The notes under the pieces: model-generated
What the model saw: only the letters and a program-made list of their open reading frames with translations
Database searches by the model: none
Told to the model about the DNA's origin: nothing
Shown here: piece after piece, positions 54,165 to 64,000 of the stretch
Layout of the letters: each line of letters opens with the position of its first letter
Position numbering within the stretch: position 1 is the stretch's first letter
Program-made: the position numbers and the translations under genes
Source of the DNA: Octopus sinensis
Taxonomy: Eukaryota
Length of the DNA: 64,000 nucleotides
Assembly (NCBI RefSeq): GCF_006345805.1
Contig: NC_042999.1
Span: 80,972,001-81,036,000, forward strand
Direction: 5' to 3'

Positions 54165-54515
54165 CCCTTTCCCTGGACCAATTCCACTTTAGTCCTTTTT
54201 TTAATAAGTCCTTTAATGGAACTCTTAACTTGGGTATATTAGAAATGTAGCTTTGATAAATGTTTGCCAACACAAGAAATCTTTATAAAGTTGGAATAAT
54301 TGCCGGCGCAGGCATATTTCTTATTGCATCTGACCTCGATAGATCAAGACGTCTACCTCTCTTATCAGTTTTTGCACTAAGTACTTAATTAAGAGTAGAA
54401 AGAAATTCGCATTTTACTTCACTCAAAGTTAACTGGAAATCTTTCACTTTTTTAAACACGGGTTTTATGTGTTTCACATGCTGTTCAAGAGAATTACTCC
54501 TGATCAAGCGCAGTC
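54165..54515 (-). mobile_element. Ty3/Gypsy pol fragment (RT palm C-terminus to connection subdomain)
   Basis: LIRSNSLEQHVKHIKPVFKKVKDFQLTLSEVKCEFLSTLN*VLSAKTDKRGRRLDLSRSDAIRNMPAPAIIPTL*RFLVLANIYQSYISNIPKLRVPLKGLIKKGLKWNWS. Confidence 0.8.
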
Positions 54516-54925
54516 TTTTTTCTCGGCAGCTAAAATATGCGCAGTGGATTTGAAAAAAATTAAAAAATATAAGCAATGAGACACATGCTGGATTGGTCTC
54601 GTTGTTTACATATTTAATCTATGGCGTCCTTGTTGATGAAGACTTCGCCTGGTAAATAATATTTATTTACTAAAATAAGTCAGAACCACGGTCCAGGAAT
54701 TGGATGGTAAATGTTTTTTATTTTTCATTCTCTTCGAGAATTTATCCCTTATCAGTGGTTTGGATTTGAGCTGTTCTTTCTAGCCTAAAGGATTCCTATA
54801 ATTGAAGCCACTTAATGTGTTTTAATGTACACTGTATTTTATATGAATGATATATAGTCTATTGACTAATTTTTCTATACGCTTGGCCACTGGTAGTAAA
54901 ACTTTCTAAAATCTTCATTACCCTG

Positions 54926-54998
<73 letters not shown>

Positions 54999-55209
54999 AA
55001 TATAATAATTTACATACAGTCATATGTATGGACCTGCATTCAAATATAAATCATCATACCTCTCTCTTTCTCTCTCTACATATATATGTATATCATTGCG
55101 CGCGTACACACATGCAAAGACACACGCACACGCTCGCAGTTATATATGGGTATATATATATATGTGTGTGTTTATGTATGTGTGTGTATACACACACACA
55201 CACACGCAC

Positions 55210-55243
<34 letters not shown>

Positions 55244-56811
55244 GTTTATATATATATTTATATATATATATACATATGTATATATAGAAAGAGAGAACGA
55301 GAGAGGAAAAGAGAAAGAGGGAAGGCAAGAGATAAGTTGCATGTATATGAATGCAGGGACATACATATCAACGTATGTATATTATTCTATTTATGTATTT
55401 TAATACAAGGTTACATGAATCATGCATATATTCTATAACACTGCTTGATGTATAATATTAATAAATATAATTATGAATGAACCCAATCATCGTATAGTAT
55501 AACTGCAAATTCATATGATACAATGATAATTACCGAACCAAGATAACACTGATGATGAAATTTTTATGCTTCGTTTCAGTAGTATATAGTAATGTTTCTT
55601 TAGAAACAAAATACTGCAGAATTCCAGGGTGCACTGTATTGCGCTCTGTAGTGCAGTTAATGAATATGAAAGACCATATTTATATTGATTACCTCTATAA
55701 TCCTTTATCTAACGGAATTGATAATTACAATTTGTGGCCTCCATGAATGAATTTTAGGCATTTATAGAATAGAAATTTATCTAGAAGTCATTTTCTTCAA
55801 ATGGGTCGTATTGTGTCAGTGATACAATAATGAATTCTTTTTTCCTTCAGGCTATAGTGTGCGACTTGTACTTAACTATATTCGTTATTGTTGATAATAA
55901 AAAGTCAACGATAACATATTAGTTTGTAAATTATTGAATTACTGTTGCATGAGTCTAGTTTGCGTTGCTCATTCATGATATGAAAAGCTCTTTTTCTGCA
56001 GTCTTGCTAAAGAGGAGATTTGGGGGAAATATGAAAAAGAGGCGATGCTGAGATGAAAGTTTCTAATAAGATACAGTTGAATATACAGTTGCCAGATCTA
56101 AAATAATATCACTTGATATGATTGAAAACATGCTACACTCCAAAAAAGGCCATCTCCATCATGTATTTAAACCATCCGAACGAGGATGTTGATAATTTAT
56201 AGGACAAGAAAGATTCCCAAGAAACGATTAACAAATAAACGCTCAAGTTATTAACCAGTAAATAGCTAGCCAGTAAACAATAAATTACCCATCAAAAATA
56301 CTGTCCAACAGGATAATTAAATGCATATAAAATATAAAAGAATGTAATTCAACGAGAGCACAAAGCGTGTATTCTCATTTTATACTTAGTAATTAAACAG
56401 GTATTTCTTTACATGATGCTACTGTATAATGCGAATAAACGAAAAGTATGACTGCTACGTGTCTGGAACAACGACAAACATTCTTTTCATTGGTGCACCA
56501 AAATGCTGGCAGTACACCAATTTGATGTTAGCATGATTTACCTGATTAAAATGACAAAGAAGAAATTGCATTCACCATAGCAACAAGACTGAAAGCTTCA
56601 ACCTCATAGGAATATCTGCAATTGTTTAATATAAAAGTGAAATATGTTGCAAAAAAATTATATCATCGAGTAATTAACTCAAGTTTAAATCTAAATTAGT
56701 AACAAAAATTCTTATACCAATGCCATAATTTCGATCGAGGCAAGTAATCAATAACTTTTTAAGATATGATTCCACCTAGGAAATAATAATAATAACAATA
56801 ATAATAATGAG

Positions 56812-57120
56812 GAGACACCCTTCGGTCATGACTGACCATGGGATTGCACCTAGAAAGTTATCCTTTCGGGCACAATCCGAGCAAGGTTGTTTTAGGGAAA
56901 ACCAGCAGTCGTCCATGCATATCGGCCTCCCCTCTCCATGCCACCAGTGTTATCCAAGGGAAATGTAAAGGCCGATACAGCTTGGCACCTGTGGCGTCGC
57001 AACTCATTTCTACAGCTGAGTGAACTGAAGCAACGTGAAATAAAGTGTCTTTCTCATGAACGCAACACGCAGTCCGGTCCGGGATTCGAACTCAGAACCT
57101 CACTGAGCCATGCGCCTTCA
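56812..57120 (-). mobile_element. tRNA-headed CORE-like SINE with RTE-like 3' tail
   Basis: Minus strand: gtgaaggcgcatggctcag...gagttcgaatcccgg...aagacactttatttcacgttgcttcagttcactcagctg (CORE-like)...ggtgcaatcccatggtcagtcatgaccgaagg. Confidence 0.75.
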
Positions 57121-57212
57121 CTAATAATAATAATAATAATAACAATAATAATAATAATAATAATAATAATATAATAATAATAATAATATAATAATAATAA
57201 TAATAATATAAT
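57121..57212. repeat. (AAT)n microsatellite
   Basis: Directly visible. Confidence 0.95.
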
Positions 57213-57373
57213 GATAGTAAAGAATATATAATGAGTAGATGCAATCTCAATGAGTCAACTCAGTTAACAATATTGTTAATGCAAAATCAAAAGTAAAACG
57301 TGAGGGTATACTGAATGGAACGTTAGATGACAAATATCCCTTAATAAATTTTGAAGACGGTTTCAACGAATTA

Positions 57374-57993
57374 CACCTGGCCGAATAGAATTTTATCAAT
57401 CAGCCGTCATTTTGGTCACTCCACATTACATCTTTCCCCAATGTCATCATACAGAGGAAAACCTCGTGTCCATCCAAAATACAAGAAAGTATCGCTGAGA
57501 ACTTCAGTATGGGCTCGACTGATAGCCGTATTCGATACAAATTAAAAGCTTTTCAGAAAAATTCCGAACGTCAACAATACATCGACACTAAACGAAAGTG
57601 TGCAAAAGGCTTTTTTGGCTCTGCAGAAATCTCGGATAATTCAATCTTATGACACATCCGTGACTGTTGTGCTTTTTCTTTCACTTAAATTTCCTTGTAG
57701 CAATCTCAAAGAACTCATTCGAGGTAATTATCTATTCTCTAGAACCCAATGGTGTCCGAAACTTAAACTGTTTATTCTCATCGTCGAGTAGATGGCTAAA
57801 GGACGCCGTACAGCTTTCTCACAGTTAGATCTTTATAGCCTGAGATAGGGCGAGTCCATACTGACGTTCTCGGCGCTGCTTTCCTGTATTTGGTACAGTC
57901 ACATGGTTTTTCTCTGTAGGATGACTTTGATGAAAGGTGTAATGTGGAGTGACAAAAAGGACAGGCGATTGACAAAATTTTCTTCAGCCAGAT
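57374..57993. mobile_element. MITE-like non-autonomous DNA element with ~150-bp imperfect terminal inverted repeats
   Basis: About 57374-57530 is the reverse complement of about 57850-57993 at roughly 80% by eye (e.g. gtcactccacattacatctttc / gaaaggtgtaatgtggagtgac). No coding capacity. Confidence 0.7.
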
Positions 57994-58775
57994 TTCGGAT
58001 GTAATTCGTTGTATTAGTCTCCAAAGTTCGGCAAAAGATGACGAATTCTTTGTGCCTTTTTATTTACCATATGAAACTCCATATTCCTCTCATTCACTTC
58101 TTGTTACACACCGCAGTTAGGTCTATGCAACTCATTGTATATCTGATAAGACTTCTGCATTGGTTTCACATATACATCTGACAACATATAATTGTCCTGT
58201 GCTGCCATTCATGCCTTTCTTCTTGAAAAAAACATTTTGTTCTAGAACTCATGTATTTTCCTATGTAATCTTTGTTAAGGCGAAACTGTTACGCTTTTCA
58301 GCACTGTTAGCTGGCTCCCAATATTTGGTATTACAATCACGTTCCTTCTACTGTTAGTAATAGTAGTGGTGATGGTTGATACTCTGTATCATATTTCTAT
58401 CGTTTTCTTGATATTGGTGTTTGTGTTGTTACGTTACGAATTTTATGTTCAACGTTGTTGACAAGATGTTAATGCTACAAAGAAAACGGAATATATAAAA
58501 TATTTTCTAAAATAGTATTCTAAAGATAGAAATTCTGAATGTGGCAATAAATTAAATATGGTAGCAATTAAAATGTTAAATGCATGGATATCCGAAACAC
58601 ATTCCCAGTTTTAAATGTTAACGGCAAAAAAGTATCGTTAATAGAAAATGCAAACTTATTCATTGTGAATAAAAACAATGAAATTTGCTAACTTTAGGGA
58701 ATAATTGGGGAAAATTTCTAATCGTTCCTTCTCCACGAAATACGTAAGTAAAATAATTTTAATAAAAATTAATTT

Positions 58776-59168
58776 AGGCGTAGGAGTGGCTGTGTGGTAA
58801 GTAGCTTGCATACGAACCACATAGTTCCCGGTTCAGTTCCACTGCGTGCCACCTTGGGCAAGTGTCTTCTACAATAGCCTCGGACCGACTAAATCCTCGC
58901 GAGTGGATTTGGTAAACGGAAACTGAAGAAGGCTCGTCGTATATATGTATACATATATATGAATGTGTGTGCATATGTTTGTGTGTCTGTGTTTGTACCC
59001 ACAACAACGTTTGACAACCAATGCTGGTGTGTTTACGTCCCCGTAACTTAGCGGTTCGGCAAGTACTAGGCTTACAAAAAGTAAGTCCTGGGGTCGATTT
59101 ACTCGACTAAAGCCGGTGCTCCAGCATAGCCACAGTCAAAAGACTGAAACAAGTAAAAGAATAAAAGA
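58776..59168 (+). mobile_element. Full-length tRNA-derived SINE family A
   Basis: ggcgtaggagtggctgtgtggtaag...ggttcagttccactgcg...actgaaacaagtaaaagaataaaagag. Confidence 0.92.
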
Positions 59169-60849
59169 GTACCTAATTTTAATTTACCTTTTTTCAGAAG
59201 AAAATCTCCTCTGTAGGAAAATTACGGAATTTAAATAACAATAATTTGTTTTTCATTTTGTTTTTCAGGTATAATCTTCAATGTCTAATTTCCTCACCAT
59301 CGTTACTCTATTTGTAGTTAGTCTTTATAAATCAAGAGACAACACAAATTTTAAAGAAATTTGGAGTAAATTTTATAATTTTTAATAAAGCAAACAACTA
59401 GATAAATTACTTGAAAAGGTTAAATCTGTTATTAACCTGAATGATATCCAGTATCATTTATTTGTTTATGAAATAAGTAGTATTCAAAATACATGCAATG
59501 AATATGTGACCTTTCAATAATGCTAAACATGAGTATTTTACTATTTTAATGTCTTCAGATTCGTTGCTTCCTTTTGTGAAAATTGCCTTTCCTACTCTTT
59601 ATCTCCGTGACACAGTAACATAATAAAACAATTGTGGCTTAATAGGATTAAAAGGTCATTAGTGAAAAGAAGCGTTAAATATTTGATTTCGTTTTTATTA
59701 TGCAATTTTATTATAAGTTCGGTAATTTATAAACTATATACAATTATTTGTGAGCAATATAAAATTGATATTCTCTACTCATATTAAAAGATGCATGATA
59801 TAACAATACATATGCACTATCAAACTTATTGTTATCATTTATTGAATGTTATACACTGAAGAATTACGGGTACTGATAGCATTTGGAAATATAATATACT
59901 CAATTTATGCATAGTGTTACGGAACTGTAAACTCGCTTATTACAATGCGAATTTGAGATACCAAGTTCTTATATTTCTAAATGGCATTAGAGACAAGAAT
60001 AAATGATGATGTTTGCTTTGAGCAAAGAAGTATAAAGAAATTTCAGATAGAGAGATCTGGTCAACAGCATGTATTCAAGCGGGTACAATGCATGCAGGAA
60101 GTTTTAAAAAAATCTTGCGAAATTTTAATTTAACATTTTCTTCGGAAATCCCTTTCCTCTGGTGAGAAACAATATCCAGGAGACACGTTAAGTCTAATCG
60201 AAGAATAGTTTGCTTGATTCAGGTTATTTGCATCATGTATCTCCCTGAATGTTGCGTACATCATGTCCTTTACTACCTAATCGAACTTGCTTTGTCGAAG
60301 GCTATCTTGATTCGATGATTCCTAACGTTAAAGAAAAGTATGTTCAAGGCTTACCGTACGCATTCAGAAGAATGCATTGGTATTGTAATGCAATCTAGCC
60401 TCAAGTGGTACATTGAATTCATTCTATCTGTACGCCTAAACAATTTAGCGCATAGCTTTCATTCAACTATTATATTATCAGCTCCCGCATGATTAATGGA
60501 CTAAGAATAATTCAAATCCTTATGTCAATTTATATACTTTCTTGTTGATTTTTGTATAGTTTTGAATTTGATACAAAAATGTAGTAATGTATCTGATCCT
60601 ATTGATCATAGTGGCTGCTGGAGGCGAAGACAATCTAAAATGGGCAACCACTACGTATTTCAGTCCTTTAAATTTAGTAAACGAAAAAGTCGGTATAAAA
60701 TAAAGAATTCTGCTGTCCTGGACGCTAAGCACACACACACACACACACAAACACACATGTATGTATATCACTGGTCACGTGATCTACTAGACTGTCGGAA
60801 CTTGTTATACGTTGAAGGTAACAATGCGCTCTGCGTAGTTTTAACTTCC

Positions 60850-61020
60850 AAGTGCTGCCACTGAGTTGGCTTGGCTTGCAGGCCAACAATCTACCTGATC
60901 TGGATTCTATTCCGTCGCTGGTTTACCCATTTCTGAGTGAACTGGAACAACGAGAAATGAAAACAACGCTGGCAGTCTTGGAATCGAAACCACCATCTGA
61001 AAATCATGAGTGCAACACAC
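60850..61020 (-). mobile_element. Diverged CORE-like SINE fragment
   Basis: Minus strand: ggtggtttcgattccaag...ttgttccagttcactcag. Confidence 0.5.
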
Positions 61021-61059
61021 ACACACATATATAATATACTGATATTCAGGTCGTTGTAT

Positions 61060-62090
61060 TTTTGAACTTCTAAATTCATTTGTGTTGTTGCAATAAAAGT
61101 TGTATTTACGTATTTGGGTAATATATTAAAGTTTTAAAGTGTTCTTGAGATGGTCGTTTGTCTGTCCAGTTCGAGAATACAGTTGGACTTTTGCAATGTA
61201 AAGGATGTTTACATTTCCGAATACTGAGGGAAAGTTATAAAGAAAAGAATAAGTTGTAGATAGTTAAATTTTAAGATTTACTAAATATGGTCTTTTGTAT
61301 GACCGTACAGAGAGTTTACATTTTCGAATACTCAATGAGACAGGAAAGGATAAGTATTCACATATTAGTTGTAGATATTATTTTTTTAAAGATGATCGCG
61401 TACGTGCTCGAAAGTTGTATGTATGTAAGTTTCCTAACTTATTTTATTTTGAGAGAGATTGAAAATATTCATAGGAAATTGTAGATATTCCAGTCTTTCA
61501 GAATAGTAGGAGGAAGTGATGTTCACCTTCGTGGATTTTTGAATTTTTAAATTTATTTTTCTTTTGGAATGTTACTTTTCTTTATGAAAGTTTTGCTGTG
61601 GTTTACAGGTTTGTGGTTCTGTTGTATGTATATTTTGGCAGGTGCTTACTTCCTAAATTTTTTATCGTTCATTTAATTGTGTTGTTACAATAAAAGTCAT
61701 GTTTACATATTCTGTTAGTCAGGGAAAAAGGGACGGCAAAATGTTCACACAAAATTATAGATATTAAAGTTTCTAAATTTTTTAAGGTGTACGTTTGTAT
61801 GTGCGTTCAGAGAAAACTGTTTTCTTTTTCAATAAAAAGGATGTTTACATTTTCGAATATTCTGGAGACAAGGAATCGAAAAAAGGAAGGTAAAATTTTT
61901 TCACAGAAAATAGTAGATATGAAGCTTTAAAAATTTACTGGTGATGGTTTTATTCTGTTCGAACAAGGAAAAGTGTAATATTCTTGGAATAAAGAGGATG
62001 TTTACATTTTCGAATACTCAGAAGGAAAGGAAATGATAGGTATTCACAGAAGTTGTAGCTTTTAAAGGTCCACACAGTGACCATAAACAT
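61060..62090. repeat. Degenerate tandem repeat with higher-order structure
   Basis: ggatgtttacattttcgaata recurs at about 61203, 61313, 61839 and 61996. gtgttgttRcaataaaagt occurs at about 61082 and 61680. Confidence 0.7.
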
Positions 62091-62888
62091 CATATTACGC
62101 CTATTCACTAACTAAATTCTTAACGTAACTCTACCCCTTAATGAGCATAACAGCAAAATTCTTGTTTTCTTTCTACCCATTTCATGGTCAGCCACGGCTG
62201 GCTTCAGCCATGTTCCCACTGTGTTCTTGGAATATTCTTTTATTGTTCTAAACTTACATGCTTCATTTGATGATTACGGTTTTTGCAATGATGTAATGTA
62301 TACATTCGTCTATGAAAATTGCGTAAGAAAGAGCTGTAATGAACTGATATTTATCCATCATCTGCTATAATACATCTACTTATATACACACTATCTCTCA
62401 CACACACATACATACATAATATATATATATATACATACATACATACACATATATATATATGTGTGTGTGTGTGTGTAAATGAGTATATGGCGTATAAACG
62501 TATTTATATATGTATACATACAAACACACATACATACATATGTCTAACATGGTGAAAGGGAGAGAGAGAGAGAGAGATAGAGAGATAGAGAGAGAGAGTG
62601 ACAGACAGACATACAGATTCATTTTATAAAATTAGCAAAGATCATTTGAAAATACTTTCATAGGTCCTGCTTCAACTTCATGACGAAAGGAAATAAAAAT
62701 GTTTCAAAGAATACATCGAAGCGTCTGCAAAGAATTTGAAACCAATATGAATAAATCATATAAGCATTATTATATCCACAATCTATAAATAATTCCAATC
62801 CATGGTAAATGTCTCGGTGGATACCTGATTAATTTCTGTGTATATCTGTGCGTGTCAGTGTGTAGATACTCAAATATATATATACAAG

Positions 62889-62974
<86 letters not shown>

Positions 62975-63304
62975 ATGCATTTGTATATGAATATGCATGT
63001 GTATGTGTGTGTGAATGTATATAAATATTTATATGAGAGTGTTTGTGCGTGTTAGCTTGGACAAAATACACCGAAGCTGATGCGATAAGAACCATTGAAC
63101 CTTGTAGTCGGTAGTGCCTAGTAATCTAATATAAATAGCAATTATCGGTATTCGATCGATCAATAAATCGATGTCGATAAATGACGCAGAATCATGATTG
63201 AGTATAGGGAAGGAAAATGACACCAGACGGTAAAAATTTGTGTCAATAATTACATGTATGCTTCTCTTTTCAAACATTTTGGTAGTCATAGCCGTCTGCA
63301 TTAT

Positions 63305-63351
63305 GATCAGGATCGTCGTTATTGCTGACGTTGTCGTAGTCGTCATCATCG

Positions 63352-63384
<33 letters not shown>

Positions 63385-63560
63385 ACATCGTCTTCATCAT
63401 CATCGTCATTGTCATCGTCGTCGTTGTCCTCGTCGTCAACGTCATTGTCGTCATCATCGACGTCGTCTTGCTCAGAGCGTTGCTTTCGCTTTTTATGGAA
63501 GAAGGCGCTGCTGACATAGTTTATGATATATCATAACAGCGGTGATGATGATGATGACGA
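63305..63560. repeat. (ATC)n/(GTC)n trinucleotide low-complexity tract
   Basis: Directly visible. Explains the low-complexity ORFs here. Confidence 0.9.
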
Positions 63561-64000
63561 AAAGGATGAGGAAGAATTTAAGTTGGAAGCGGTGTAGAAA
63601 CAATGAATTCGTTGATGGTAACTTTTATAACATAATTTCGAAGCCGATGTCAACAACGTTCGTCATCAACACCTCATTATGAATATCTGTCACCATCAGC
63701 TCAATTCTTTCCATTTTTTCTTCTAATTTTCTCTTCCGTAGTCTTTATCTGTATTATCATAGTATTAATATGAGCAGAATTATCATCACATAGTTCGTCC
63801 TTCATCATCATAATCATAATCACCATTATGATCTATACGAACAACACTACCCACAATTCCACCATTAACCTTTTCATAATCATCAGCATTATCAAAAATA
63901 TCATCAACAGTATCCTCATCAACTTCGACATCATCCTCATCATCACTGACATTGTCAGAATCTGGATCTCAACTTTCATTAGAGCGACAAAGTATTAAAC

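Noticed and set aside
55830-59300. Acceptor-like sites (ttccttcag at about 55850; gtttttcag at about 59269)
   Set aside because: No matching donor or ORF phase. Such motifs are common by chance in AT-rich DNA.
59930-60450. Higher-complexity stretch suggestive of a decayed transposase or ATPase on the minus strand
   Set aside because: No diagnostic motif could be established by eye.
63029-63536. ORFs with poly-M/T or poly-I/V runs
   Set aside because: Products of the (ATC)n/(GTC)n tract.

Overview
AT-rich, microsatellite-saturated eukaryotic DNA. The SINE families and simple-repeat load suggest an octopus or other coleoid cephalopod genome (inference). No host protein-coding exon, tRNA, rRNA or CRISPR array can be supported, and almost all ORF-track entries are translations of microsatellites or SINEs. 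The window is mostly transposon remnants: tRNA-derived SINEs (3 families), Penelope-like element (PLE) pieces (two GIY-YIG fragments, an RT fragment and several pLTR-like repeats), two L1/Tx1-type elements, RTE, CR1/L2 and RLE-type LINE fragments, a Gypsy pol fragment, a mariner remnant and a MITE. The most notable signal is a set of type I hammerhead ribozyme (HHR) motifs. Three have complete catalytic cores and an unusually long stem II: two form a near-perfect head-to-head 139-bp inverted repeat at 6338-6629, and the third lies at 36182-36259. Several variant-core or decayed HHR-like families are also present. All folds and translations were done by eye and none is experimentally verified.
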